Source of the DNA: Thermoproteota archaeon
GTDB taxonomy: Archaea > Thermoproteota > Thermoprotei > Gearchaeales > Gearchaeaceae
DNA length: 64,000 bases
Assembly: GCA_032249235.1 (NCBI GenBank)
Contig: JAVVGF010000003.1
Span: forward strand, 150,691 to 214,690
Direction of reading: 5' to 3'
Made by a program: the position numbers and the translations under genes. Each line of letters starts with the position of its first letter. Position 1 is the first letter of the stretch. Of this stretch, positions 30,275-40,930 are shown one piece after another. The notes under the pieces are model-generated. The model saw nothing but the letters and a program-made list of their open reading frames with translations. It had not been told where the DNA came from and did no database searches.

Positions 30275-31314
30275 ATCTTATCAATCCACTTATTCATGTG
30301 TTCTTTAATGACTCTTGCGCAATTTTTCCAAGCTATCTTTTCTAAATCTTCATCTGAGAATCCTTTCTTTTTCAAATAGTCTAACACCATAGGAATTTTC
30401 GAAGCATTCTCAAGACCTATAGGAGTATTTGCAATACCAAAAAAATCACTACCTATGGCTAATATATCAGAACCGAAACTCTCTTTAACAGCTATGATAT
30501 GTTTCGAAAGTTCTTCTATGCCTGGATTTTCTCCAATCGTGGATCTTATGAACGTAAATCCTACAATACCTTTCGTTTTTCTTATAGCTTCAAGCATATC
30601 ATCATCAAGATTTCTCTTGTGATTAGCAATAGCGAAGTAATTTGAATGGCTTGCTATAACTGGCAATTTGCTAATATTTGCAACATCTAAAACTGTATTT
30701 TTCCCTGCATGCGAAATATCTAAAATCATGCCTAGCTCATTAGCAAGCTCTACAACTTTTTCTCCTGCTGAAGTTAGACCAAAGTCTTTCTTAGAAGTAC
30801 ATGATGAAGCGAATTTATTGTCATAGTTCCATGTTAATGCGATGGATCTTATTCCTAAAACGAAAAGAATTTCTATATCATCAGGCTTTTTCAAAGAATC
30901 TAAACCTTCTAAGCTCATAAGAATCCCAATTTTTGAGCTTTTCTCTAAAAGATCAAAATCTTGTCGCTCTCTTACAAGCAATAAGCTATCATGATATCTT
31001 CTTATGAGCTTTCTATAAATTAATGCTTGATCTATAACTTCTTCAAAATTTCCTATGTATGAAATTGTTGATTCTTTTAAAGAAGGATACAGTCTCTTAA
31101 TTCTTTCAAGTTCGAATTCACTTATCGTATTTATAGCTGGGAATATCGCACCGAATATAAGCTTTACATTTCCTTTTTTATACTTAGGAATATCGCCATG
31201 TCTTCCTTTAATATCTTCATCAAAATCCATGAATAAGTTTTTATTCAATTCAGGTTGATAGCTTCCTGTTTTTATCGCGTAAGCTATATCTTGATGAAGG
31301 TCAGCTATCTTCAT
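30271..31314 (-). CDS. M19-family dipeptidase
   Basis: DLHQD, SLEG, LTWNYDN, LDISH, ASHSN, RNLDD, IGSDF. Confidence 0.9.
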   Translation of the reverse strand: MKIADLHQDIAYAIKTGSYQPELNKNLFMDFDEDIKGRHGDIPKYKKGNVKLIFGAIFPAINTISEFELERIKRLYPSLKESTISYIGNFEEVIDQALIYRKLIRRYHDSLLLVRERQDFDLLEKSSKIGILMSLEGLDSLKKPDDIEILFVLGIRSIALTWNYDNKFASSCTSKKDFGLTSAGEKVVELANELGMILDISHAGKNTVLDVANISKLPVIASHSNYFAIANHKRNLDDDMLEAIRKTKGIVGFTFIRSTIGENPGIEELSKHIIAVKESFGSDILAIGSDFFGIANTPIGLENASKIPMVLDYLKKKGFSDEDLEKIAWKNCARVIKEHMNKWIDKI

Positions 31315-31406
31315 TATGTTTAGTTAAATATCCTTGATGATTTATTTCTTTATAAAGTAGCTTTTCTCTCGATAGAAATTAATCTATCTTTAATTCGATA
31401 TAATAA

Positions 31407-32093
31407 TCATACGTTCGTATATAATTCTATTTTAAGTTGTTTTGCAAGTTCTTGTGCATCATCCTCAGCATAAGGTGTTACGAGAAGCAATCTCGAAGGT
31501 TTTTTTCCTACTTTCTTTTCATAAAAGATCGCTTTTCTATTGAAAAGTGTTACATCTGATTTCCTAACATGAGAAGTTACTTCAATGAGAATTAACTCCT
31601 GATCACGTAAAGCAATATCTACTTCGACTACACTTGGATAACCATAAACCAAGCCCTCATCATCATAGCTAGTCCATCTTTCAACTTTGATGTTAAAAGA
31701 TTTTTCAAGTAAACCTTTTAGACTATTTCTAAAAGCGCTCTCAGCCATTATACCCCATCTTGCTCCCAGAGCATAAATATGTCTTTCAAGACGCAAAAAG
31801 TCTTCTCTTAAATTCTTAATTTCCTCCCATAATTTATTATGACTTTCCCATAGCTTATTTTGGTTCTCCCATAGCTTATTATTACTTTCCCACAGCTTGT
31901 TCTGGTTTTCCCATAATTTATTATGACTTTCCCATAGCTTATTATGATCCTCCCTCAATTTTCGCTGTTCTTCAATGAGCGCATCTAGTTTCTTAAGTAT
32001 TTCAGATATTCCCAAATAGCCTGCTACAGCGTAGCGAAATTCAATATCTTTATCTAGCAATTTTAAAAATTCACTTTTTAGATCAATACCCAT
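31407..32093 (-). CDS. PD-(D/E)xK nuclease-like coiled-coil protein (DUF3782/paREP type)
   Basis: EFRYAVAGYLG, ALGARWG, VEVDI...LIEVTS; likely start MGIDLK (32093). Confidence 0.85.
   Translation of the reverse strand: MGIDLKSEFLKLLDKDIEFRYAVAGYLGISEILKKLDALIEEQRKLREDHNKLWESHNKLWENQNKLWESNNKLWENQNKLWESHNKLWEEIKNLREDFLRLERHIYALGARWGIMAESAFRNSLKGLLEKSFNIKVERWTSYDDEGLVYGYPSVVEVDIALRDQELILIEVTSHVRKSDVTLFNRKAIFYEKKVGKKPSRLLLVTPYAEDDAQELAKQLKIELYTNV
31821..31946 (-). repeat. Six imperfect 21-bp tandem repeats encoding heptads (H/Q/N)NKLWE(S/N/E)
   Basis: Visible in both the DNA (..ttcccatagcttatt..) and the protein. Confidence 0.85.
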
Positions 32094-32298
32094 TATATAA
32101 TCAATTATACGTTTAACAATTAAATAAATTAAAGATTTACAAAATAGAGTAGCAATGGATGGGTTGCATCTCAATTTTCTTCTAAGAAGTAATTAAAGGT
32201 TGCTTGGATTGACATTCAAAAATTACAACGTTTGAATGAAGAATCCTAATTGAATTTGGATACAATAATCATATATTTCACTTAAAATAATAATAATC

Positions 32299-32643
32299 AT
32301 GATTAAGAAAATAGCATCAATTGCTGTGGTTGTTTCAAACGGCAAAAAAGCTGCAGAATGGTATAAAGAAAAGTTGGGGTTCGAAATCGTTGAAGATTTT
32401 GGGCATTGGATAACTGTAGCTCCTAAAGGTTCTGAAACTGTTCTGCATTTATGTGGAGGCCCGCCCTTGGAACCTGGAAATACTGGCATATTACTAATAT
32501 GTGATGATGTTTTGAAAACTGTTAAAGAATTGAAAGAAAAAGGTGTTAAAATAACTAAGGAACCAAAAGATGAAGGATGGGGAATTTATGCAATGTTTTC
32601 AGATCCTGATGGTAACATATTTTGGTTAATGCAAAGTGAATAA
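32299..32643 (+). CDS. VOC/glyoxalase family protein
   Basis: AAEWYKEKLGF, LKEKGV, WGIYAMFSDPDGN. Confidence 0.92.
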   Translation: MIKKIASIAVVVSNGKKAAEWYKEKLGFEIVEDFGHWITVAPKGSETVLHLCGGPPLEPGNTGILLICDDVLKTVKELKEKGVKITKEPKDEGWGIYAMFSDPDGNIFWLMQSE

Positions 32644-33310
32644 AAAAGAAATCTATTTTTTATTTTAATTCCTTTAATCATACTATTTTTCTTAGTTAGC
32701 TTAGAAATAAGTTATGCTAAAGGATTAGATATAAATTACAAAACTTATCAATTTCTAAGTTCTTATGAATATAATATAAATAAGAAGATTGAAAAAACTG
32801 GATTAGCCATTGCTTCCTTTAATAAATCTCAAGCTATACCTCCTGTAACTTATGATGAACAAATTGGCATTACTTTCTCAAGAGGTTCTACATTTCTAAA
32901 ATGGAACATTACAGCAGTTTCCCAAAATGAAAGCTATGGTTATGGACCTGCATAAGCGAATTAGGAATATTCTATGCTGAAGTAAAATTATCATATACGG
33001 TCAAGGCTATGTTATATTTTCAAATGAAAATACAAGTGGAAAATTGGATAATGGGCAACATGTCATTTACGTAGCACCTAATGAAACTTTGCATCTAAAG
33101 GCAGAAGAAAGCTATTTATTTTTTAACTTTCAAGGTTGGAAAATAGGTATCAGCAAATGCTTACTGACAAATCAATCAATTTGAATATAGAAGGGCCTTT
33201 AACGATTTAAGCAGTATTTGGATTTAGCATGATTTTTTATTTAATTATACTTATCTCTGCAATAGGAATTATGGTTATTTTAATTTATTATAAATTTTTA
33301 AGAAAATAGA
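32636..33310 (+). pseudogene. Decayed secreted, C-terminally anchored archaeal surface protein
   Basis: Signal-like LFFILIPLIILFF, then TYDEQIGITF...WNITAVSQNESYGYGPA* and broken fragments ending in a TM segment plus KFLRK; several stops and frameshifts. Confidence 0.55.
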
Positions 33311-33319
33311 GAACCAATC

Positions 33320-34257
33320 ATGGTAGAATTGTTTAGATGGCAAGAACAGAAGTGTGAATTGAATTTATCAATTAGCGGAATAGAACCCTTCATTGAAATA
33401 GAAAAACTAGAAAAAGAAGAAGCTGAACCAAAGCAAATACTATCAGAGAGGTATGGCACTAAAGAGAACAATATCGCTATTGTTCATGGAGCGCAAGAGG
33501 GATTATTTTTTGCCTTACTTGCATTGAAGCCTAGAGAGGTTTATATCGCATTGCCTGCTTACCAACCAATGTTTGAACAATCAAAGGAGCTCGGAATAAA
33601 AACGCATTTCACCAATAATCCTTATGATTTAAAGAATAAAGTAATAATATTATCGAATCCAAATAATCCTACAGGCGAAATCTATAATGTTCAAGAACTT
33701 GTAGAGAACAAAAATTTCCTAATATTAGATGAGATCTTTAAGTATTTTATAAATGAAAAAGATAAACTTATTGAGAACACAATTATTATTTCAAGCACAA
33801 GTAAGTTTTTTAACTTTAAAAATAGGAAAGTTGGATGGATAATATGTGAAGAAAGAATTATTGAGAAAATAAAGTATTATAAAGATTTAATTTCTCCAGA
33901 ACCAATCTTTGATGAAGAATTGATTAATTATGCATATAAAAACTTTAATTTTTTCAAAGAAAGAAATATAATATAGTTAATAAAAATCTTGAAATTATTA
34001 ATAAATATAATTTGAGTGAATTTAAGATAAAATATAATAAGTTTATGCCTGTAATGATGTTAGAAAGAGAAAATTTTGACTCAATGGATTATTGCTTGAA
34101 GTTGCTTAAAGAGAAAGGCGTACTCTTGACACCCATGAGTTATTTTCTAAAAAGAAATGCTATAAGAATGTATTTAGGTTATGAAGATAGTAGAAAAATA
34201 GAGGAAGCTATTAGAAGGATGGTTGAGTTCAATAATTTATATTTCAAAACAAAATAA
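33320..34257 (+). pseudogene. Class I/II PLP aminotransferase split by a 1-nt deletion near 33970
   Basis: HGAQEG, NPNNPTG, LDEIF, STSK...KVGW. Adding one A joins RNINIVNKNLE to the 34012 ORF (GVLLTP..IRMYLG). Confidence 0.8.
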
Positions 34258-34262
34258 AAAAC

Positions 34263-35663
34263 ATGCCTAGTTCTTTCATTACGCTTCTTAAATTGCTAAT
34301 TAAAACTCGTTATACATTACCTGTGCTGCTATTCTTCTTTGCTATTCTTTTTCTTAATTTATTCTCAAGTTTTCAAAGACATAATACAGAGTTGCCTTTT
34401 ATACTTAAACTATATTTGTTCACAATCCTCACATTCATAGCAGTGATTTCTTTTTTATTTGGCGAGTTATTGCTATTGAAATCTGATGCAGATTATTTAT
34501 TGACACTTCCTGTACCTAAAAAGAACTTAGTGTTATCGCTATATACAATCCAGTTCATAGCGTATGCATTCCCAGTAATTTATACAGTAGGAGCTTTTCT
34601 GAGCTTAAATGAAATTCACGTAATTGTAGCGATGGTACTTTTAGTATTTCTAATAGTCTCTCTTAGCACAATATCATTTAGTTTATCAAACAAACAAAAG
34701 ATACCAATTGCGTTATTCATTACAATTTGGATGATGACCGCAATGATCAATTTCCAATACTCGCCACTTTATGTTTTCATAAATGATTCTATACCATCAT
34801 TAATAATACTGGCATGCTTAACTTTGATAACAACATTCTTAGCAATAAGAACTCTCTACAACACCGAACTAGAATTGGCTAAAAGAAGTTCAAGTATAAC
34901 ATCTTCAGAAGTTAAAAAATTAACGAGCTTCAAAAATCAGCTAGGAAAGAAAGCGATAAGAAAACTTTACTTGACAAACTTCAACTTTAGTGCCAGAATG
35001 AATTTAATGGGGATTTCAAAATATACTACTGCTAGAGTGAATTTGAATCTCCTAACTATTGGTGTAGCTGTTTTTAGTGTAGCTTATGCTATATTATTAC
35101 TAAGATATGTCAGTTTTGGTGGTGAAATAACTAAAGTCATAGTACCAATCTTCTTACATACCTATAGCATTGCATTTGCTTTTTTCATTTCCTCAGGATT
35201 ACTTGCAAATGAAAGAGTATGGTTAGCCTTCACCTCTTTGGATCCTGCTGAATATTTAAGAGAAGTTTTCATTTCGAGATATTTGGCATTGTTGATTATG
35301 TTTTCTCCTTTGATATTAGTGAGCATATTCCTTTACTTCAATGGAATTAGCTTTGCAATCAACTCTGTATTTTGGTTTTTATTCTTCGTTCCTTCATTTA
35401 GTATCATAACAAGCTTTGTAATAAGTTACTTAAAACCTGTTCAAATAAGAGAAGAAATATTTACTACTTATCAATTTAGTTTGCAAGACCTTGTAGTAAT
35501 AATATTCATAATTTTAGGAACGATTTTAGCAAGCATATCTTTTATTACTATTGCGACAATGATAAGTAGTATTATATTTCTATTAGTATTTATATATTTA
35601 ATTCTAAATAAAGAGATATTACGCGAACTAGCATCTAAAATGACTGAAAGTGGTTTTGTTTAA
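34263..35663 (+). CDS. Polytopic membrane protein, putative ABC-type permease
   Basis: KSDADYLLTLPV and NERVWL motifs; about 12 TM. Confidence 0.6.
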   Translation: MPSSFITLLKLLIKTRYTLPVLLFFFAILFLNLFSSFQRHNTELPFILKLYLFTILTFIAVISFLFGELLLLKSDADYLLTLPVPKKNLVLSLYTIQFIAYAFPVIYTVGAFLSLNEIHVIVAMVLLVFLIVSLSTISFSLSNKQKIPIALFITIWMMTAMINFQYSPLYVFINDSIPSLIILACLTLITTFLAIRTLYNTELELAKRSSSITSSEVKKLTSFKNQLGKKAIRKLYLTNFNFSARMNLMGISKYTTARVNLNLLTIGVAVFSVAYAILLLRYVSFGGEITKVIVPIFLHTYSIAFAFFISSGLLANERVWLAFTSLDPAEYLREVFISRYLALLIMFSPLILVSIFLYFNGISFAINSVFWFLFFVPSFSIITSFVISYLKPVQIREEIFTTYQFSLQDLVVIIFIILGTILASISFITIATMISSIIFLLVFIYLILNKEILRELASKMTESGFV

Positions 35664-35676
35664 AAAGTTTAAAAAT

Positions 35677-36591
35677 TCAATTTTTTATTGATTTAAGTTT
35701 ACTAATTAAGATTGGTAATAGCTTATACAAATCTGCTATAACAAAATAATCTGAATAATTTGCAATGGGTACGTTCTTATCTATATTTATTGCTATGATA
35801 GTTTTTGAATCCTTTATTCCCGCTATATGTTGAGGTGCACCTGAAATGCCGATTGCTATATAAAGCTTGGGTTTAATACTTTTTGAAGAAACACCAACCC
35901 ATGAGTCTTCTGACATCCATTTGAAATCTGCTGCGATTGGTCTTGTTGAAGCTACAGCCCCCTTGAAAATTTCAGCAAGCTCATATGCTAGTTTCAAATC
36001 TTCCTTTGATTTAAATCCTCTGCCGACGCCAATAACGATTTCAGCATTCTCTAAATTGTTTTCGTCTTTTTGTTTTTCTTTGATCTCTTTTACTTTAATA
36101 ATTGATTGAGCGGCAAACTCGTAATTTAATAAAATTGGTGATTTATCTGCTATCTCCCATTCAACTCTTTTGTTTTCTAACGTCATAGAAAAAGATCTTG
36201 TTTTATTTATACGAACAGAACATGTAGCAGAGCCCCCAAGAACTTCTCTTTCAATTATAAAGTTATCTTTGTCTAGAGCTATATTTGTTACTTTCGTGAA
36301 CATTAAAAGACGTTTTAAAGCCGAGAACTGTGCAAGTATATCTACATGATTCCTGTTATGCAAAGTAGTAACTACATTTGCTTGTTCTTTTTCAAATATC
36401 TCCTTTAATAACAATGCATGAGAATCATTATTTAAATTATTATTTAAAACATAAATTTTATCAAAACCCTTAAATTTAGATTCTTTTGTTGTTATACCTA
36501 TTATTTCAGAAGAATTCTCTACAAGAACTTTAGAATTTTTTAGTGTTTGTTCTAGATTATTTGGATTTAAAGAGAAAATTATTGTTTTCAT
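35677..36591 (-). CDS. etfA: Electron transfer flavoprotein alpha subunit
   Basis: GVGRG, STRPI, PKLYIAIGISGAPQHIAG, AINID. Confidence 0.92.
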   Translation of the reverse strand: MKTIIFSLNPNNLEQTLKNSKVLVENSSEIIGITTKESKFKGFDKIYVLNNNLNNDSHALLLKEIFEKEQANVVTTLHNRNHVDILAQFSALKRLLMFTKVTNIALDKDNFIIEREVLGGSATCSVRINKTRSFSMTLENKRVEWEIADKSPILLNYEFAAQSIIKVKEIKEKQKDENNLENAEIVIGVGRGFKSKEDLKLAYELAEIFKGAVASTRPIAADFKWMSEDSWVGVSSKSIKPKLYIAIGISGAPQHIAGIKDSKTIIAINIDKNVPIANYSDYFVIADLYKLLPILISKLKSIKN

Positions 36592-37361
36592 GGAATAAAA
36601 TCTTTTAAAATATCTACAATTCTATCTGCTATCTCATTTATATCACCTTCGATTATAATTCTTTTTCTCTCAACTTGCTTAACTAAGATTTCGAAATCGA
36701 TATTTTGTTTTGAATCAATAGGATCTTCTATTCGATGTTTATATAAAGGCTTTGTTTTGGCTTGAAGTATTTGTCTTACTGTAGCTTTTCTCGGCTGATT
36801 CATCTCTCCAGTTACGCTTATGAAACAAGGCAAGTTACATTCTACAACTTCTGTTCTATCTTCTAGATCTCTTTCCACTATGACGGAATTGTTTTCTATA
36901 ACGATCCTCCTAGCAAATGTAATTACAGGAATGTTTAATAAAGTAGCCAAGCGGGATGCGAATTGATAAGATGACATGTCGCTAGATGTTTCGCTTGCAA
37001 AATAAATGTCGAAATTACCTAACTTTTTTATCATAGCACATAAAGCTTCTGTTATTTCAAGAGTTGTTGAATTGATGAGCCTTTCGTCAATTAATAAATG
37101 AGCTTCATCAGCACCCATCGCTAAACATTCACGAGCTAGTTTTTCAATTTCTTGCGTTCTTTTATCGATAGGACCCCATGTTAGAGCTAAGAAAACAAAC
37201 ACCTTTGCACCTATCTTCTCCTTAATCCTTATCGCTTCTTCAAGAGCAACTTTATCGAAATCGCCTATCGTTAAAGGAATCTTTTCTATAAGAACGCGAT
37301 TATTTTCGATTTTTAAGAAACTTAAGTCTAAAGAGGGTTTGACAAAAACAGCAATATTCAT
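36588..37361 (-). CDS. etfB: Electron transfer flavoprotein beta subunit
   Basis: DKVALEEAIRIKE, LAMGADEA, NQPR. Confidence 0.92.
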   Translation of the reverse strand: MNIAVFVKPSLDLSFLKIENNRVLIEKIPLTIGDFDKVALEEAIRIKEKIGAKVFVFLALTWGPIDKRTQEIEKLARECLAMGADEAHLLIDERLINSTTLEITEALCAMIKKLGNFDIYFASETSSDMSSYQFASRLATLLNIPVITFARRIVIENNSVIVERDLEDRTEVVECNLPCFISVTGEMNQPRKATVRQILQAKTKPLYKHRIEDPIDSKQNIDFEILVKQVERKRIIIEGDINEIADRIVDILKDFIP

Positions 37362-37372
37362 AAAAAATTATT

Positions 37373-37975
37373 TTACCACCAGCCTTGCTTTGTATAGGGA
37401 ATCAAGAATAGAGCTGTAGTTATGACTTGTAATTTAAACCATGTATTATAAAGCCTTTCTACTAGTTCAGGATCTTCAATTTTTTTAGCAATGAAGCCTT
37501 TTAATACTACCGTTATAGGATATATACAAGTTACCATGTATCTCATAGGTATATGCGGAACAGTTTGAACATTGTCAGCTTTTCCTTTTTGCTCATAAGT
37601 ATGTCTTAAGCCGATTAGATAATGGTAATTTATGAAATTTTCATCTAAGGGTCTAAAACATATATCCAATAGCCATTGTGCTAATCTATCAACAGTATTA
37701 TTGACATATTCTGTTATCGTAGTTTCACCCTTCTTATCTTTGAAGTAATATAATAGATAATCTCTTGATCCAAAGTAATTCACTATTGCATTCAGTATAT
37801 CTTTCATGTTTTCCTTGATTATTTCTCCTATTATTTTCCTGTTTTCCTCATCTTCCTTACTCCATAATGCAGAATCCAGGAGAAGTGAAAATTCTTCTTT
37901 AGTCATTGGAGCTTTTGGCACTTCAGGTTTTCCATAAATGTAGCCTTCGATCTTCTCTTTATATAGTTCTGCCAT
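37373..37975 (-). CDS. Protoglobin
   Basis: IEGYIYG..EVPKAPMT, QWLLDIC, IGLRH...KGKADNV.TVPHIPMRY, WFK. Confidence 0.9.
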   Translation of the reverse strand: MAELYKEKIEGYIYGKPEVPKAPMTKEEFSLLLDSALWSKEDEENRKIIGEIIKENMKDILNAIVNYFGSRDYLLYYFKDKKGETTITEYVNNTVDRLAQWLLDICFRPLDENFINYHYLIGLRHTYEQKGKADNVQTVPHIPMRYMVTCIYPITVVLKGFIAKKIEDPELVERLYNTWFKLQVITTALFLIPYTKQGWW

Positions 37976-38024
37976 ATAATAAAATATAAAGAAGTAATAT
38001 ATAAATCTAAAAAAATTTACTTTA

Positions 38025-39176
38025 TTATTTATTTACTATAACAACCTGGGTCGCATAAACAAGAGGAACGCCGATGATGGTTACGATATAGATAGCTTTT
38101 CTTTGGAATTCTATGATTTCTTTACTAATTTTTCCATCATAACGTTTTGTTAAATATTCGAAATTTAAAGCTCCTTTGTAAACTAAAGTAACCTTTTGTC
38201 CAGCTTTAAGCTCAAAGCCGGTTGAATTTTCTAATATATTCAGTATTTCTTTATATGTTGCATTTACTACAGGAGTTATTGTACCGTTTGGCAATACCTG
38301 GAATATTTCAAACATGAATCTAGGTATCATTTGTTGAGGCTGAATTGGTAAAATTGAAGATATACCTCTAATGAAAATAAGCTTCAAGTAAATTGTTTCA
38401 TTGCTCACATTTTGAACCGTGATATTAAACCCGTCTTGGCTTATTGTTACGTTGAGTATTTCTAATTTATGAAATCTATAAAGCTTTACAAGTTCATTGA
38501 AAATCTTGCTTTCCTTTAGACTTAATTTTATCTTGTGCTTAAATACATCCTCAACATTCTTATTCTGAAGTATCTCATTTACATCGCTAACAATATAGGC
38601 TTTTGCAAAAGGTACAAGCATAAAAGTTGCGTTCGCTTCGCCATTAATTAAAACTCGAGGTATTAGATCGATCAAAACTCCTTGAGTAGAATTCGTCAAA
38701 TTCAAAGGAGGTTCAATTCTAACAAGTAGCTCATTTGAAGGAAGTTTTGCTGTATAATTTTGACCTTCATAAGTCACTTGAGCTGAAGCGTTTGTAAATC
38801 TAATTAAATTATAGTTGCCTTGAGGTAATTTTGCAACACTTATTACTTGTGTCAGATTAACAAGACCCATAAGCTCTATTTCACTTGATTGATTCAAAGA
38901 AATCCAAGCGTCTGTTTCTAATTTATGAATCAAGACGTTGCCATATTTCAAATAAATTGCTGTAATGTTTGGAAATGTTAATGGCGGATCGGTAATAAAC
39001 AATACAAAGTTATAGTTTGCAGCCTGAATCGGTGTCGTTTGAGTAATTGGAGAACTTGTAGTTTGCGTACTTGTCGGTGTTACTGCTCCTTTTGGTAGCA
39101 TTTGAATATATGTATATGCTAGAAGAGATGCTATGATTACTACAACTACAACACCTATTAGTACTTCTCTTTTCAT
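38025..39176 (-). CDS. Membrane-anchored DUF4382-like secreted protein
   Basis: N-terminal TM, T/S-rich linker, ITDPP, GNYNLIRF, many N-x-S/T sites. Confidence 0.7.
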   Translation of the reverse strand: MKREVLIGVVVVVIIASLLAYTYIQMLPKGAVTPTSTQTTSSPITQTTPIQAANYNFVLFITDPPLTFPNITAIYLKYGNVLIHKLETDAWISLNQSSEIELMGLVNLTQVISVAKLPQGNYNLIRFTNASAQVTYEGQNYTAKLPSNELLVRIEPPLNLTNSTQGVLIDLIPRVLINGEANATFMLVPFAKAYIVSDVNEILQNKNVEDVFKHKIKLSLKESKIFNELVKLYRFHKLEILNVTISQDGFNITVQNVSNETIYLKLIFIRGISSILPIQPQQMIPRFMFEIFQVLPNGTITPVVNATYKEILNILENSTGFELKAGQKVTLVYKGALNFEYLTKRYDGKISKEIIEFQRKAIYIVTIIGVPLVYATQVVIVNK

Positions 39177-39299
39177 ATGCTTTCTTAGCTCAGTTTTTTA
39201 AATAATGCTAGACTTTTTTACGCAAAAATATAAGCATTTGAACAGTTTTTTGAAAAAGCTTATAAAAGCTTGAACGGAACAATTAAAGAAAATTATCCA

Positions 39300-39900
39300 C
39301 AGAAGGTGAAAGATTTCTTAAGGTAAGACTATGAAACAGATGAAGAACACACTGGTGAAGCTTTAGAACTGGTAGAAAAATACGTTAAACTTCCTCAGAG
39401 ATTGCAAATAACAGTCATTGTAAACTGAAGAGAAGTTGGAACAAAGCAAACAGGATGCGCACTATATGGGGCTAGATGGGGAGAATGTTATGAAAACATT
39501 ATAACGAAAATTATTCTTCTGTCGCAATATATGTACAGAAGAGTTCTCAAATATGGTAAAGGAAGTTAAAAAAGGACTGGATGGAATAGAATAAACGAAT
39601 TGATCATAGAAGGTAACTATTATAAAGGAAGAATATGTATAGCAAAAATGATATCAATGAGTTTAAATTCTATGTTAAATTTAATGAAAGTGCGAATATT
39701 GATATTTTTAATGAACTAACTTAGTTTTTAATTTTTAGATAAATTCGATAAAATTTTCTTTAGTTACATGTGTTTCTAAAACTTTTATTACCGTTAGTTC
39801 AAATGGATCTTTATCAATTATGATAAAATCAGCATGTTTTCATGATATATCTAATCCTAACTTTGTGAATCCATAGCAGTAATTAAAGTGTAAAACTCTT
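39300..39900. pseudogene. Gene debris: PqqC/TenA-like fragment (+) and amidohydrolase C-terminal fragment (-)
   Basis: + strand ETDEEHTGEALELVEKYV near 39330-39390; - strand KHADFIIIDKDPFE near 39795-39840; no intact ORF. Confidence 0.35.
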
Positions 39901-40160
39901 CCTAGTTTTATAAATCACTTTTTTAACCATTCTTTCCTGTATTTACATAAAAATTCTTCTTTTTGAATACAACAGCAAGAGAGATATCCACCTCTTCTTA
40001 ATAATCAATGAGCATCATGAGCTTCTAGCCAAACGCGTATCATACTTCATGCTGTAGTACGTATTTAATACTTATTATATTCTCTGTAGCTAACAGATGA
40101 GCGAAATGCAGTGTTGAATCAGCTGAAATGCATACTTCCAAAATCGGAAACTTTTAAACT

Positions 40161-40682
40161 TTAATCGAATATTTTTGCCATCAGAAGCATATCATGGTAG
40201 CGCCAGTCAACTCCAAAATATGCATCTTTTAAAATGCCTTCCACAACAAAACCCATCTTCATGTAGAGGTGAACTGCCCTCGTGTTATCTTTTACGACCT
40301 CAAGAAAAACTCTATGCAACCCTTTCCTTCTTGCCAGTTCGAGCGCGAAGGTCATCATTTGTGTCCCCAATCCCTTATTCAGGTAATCCTGATGCAGGTA
40401 AATGATGAGTTCCCCTATTCCTTTTAGTCTTGGCAAAGTAGATACAAAGATCTGTAGATGCCCCACAACCTTCTCATGATCAAGAGCAAGAACTATTATA
40501 TCTCGACCGAGCCCAGAAAGAAATCTTTCTATTCGTGTTCTATCATAAGGCGGGAGACCGTAAATGAGGACCTCTTCCGAAAGAGATTTATAAAAATCAG
40601 TCAATCTATCAATATCATCACTCATAGCCTCTCTTAACAAGATACGTCTTACGTCTTTCAACTCAACTTCTTTCACAGTCAT
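40161..40682 (-). CDS. GNAT acetyltransferase
   Basis: YLNKGLGT, NTRAVHLYMKMGFVVEG; visibly more GC-rich than its flanks. Confidence 0.9.
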   Translation of the reverse strand: MTVKEVELKDVRRILLREAMSDDIDRLTDFYKSLSEEVLIYGLPPYDRTRIERFLSGLGRDIIVLALDHEKVVGHLQIFVSTLPRLKGIGELIIYLHQDYLNKGLGTQMMTFALELARRKGLHRVFLEVVKDNTRAVHLYMKMGFVVEGILKDAYFGVDWRYHDMLLMAKIFD

Positions 40683-40930
40683 GCTATAGATCGTTAGCGA
40701 TAATTCGATATATAACTTTGCAGTAAACTGGAATCCATATTTTTAAATTTTTTATTTTCATATTATGGAATTGGCTGTTCACATATATTAATATGACAAA
40801 AATTTATGTCGCAAACAGGTTGAACTTAAGAGGAATGATAAAACCACACATCAGGTTAAATGATTTATCTATTATACAACGCATGATTACGTCCTCAAAA
40901 GTCTAAATAATCATCTAATCATTATAATAA

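Noticed and set aside
31821-31946. CRISPR-like periodic repeats
   Set aside because: Contiguous 21-bp in-frame coding repeats with no unique spacers and no cas genes
33974-33976. TAG read-through (pyrrolysine) in the aminotransferase
   Set aside because: The downstream half is in a different frame, so this is a frameshift and not an in-frame stop
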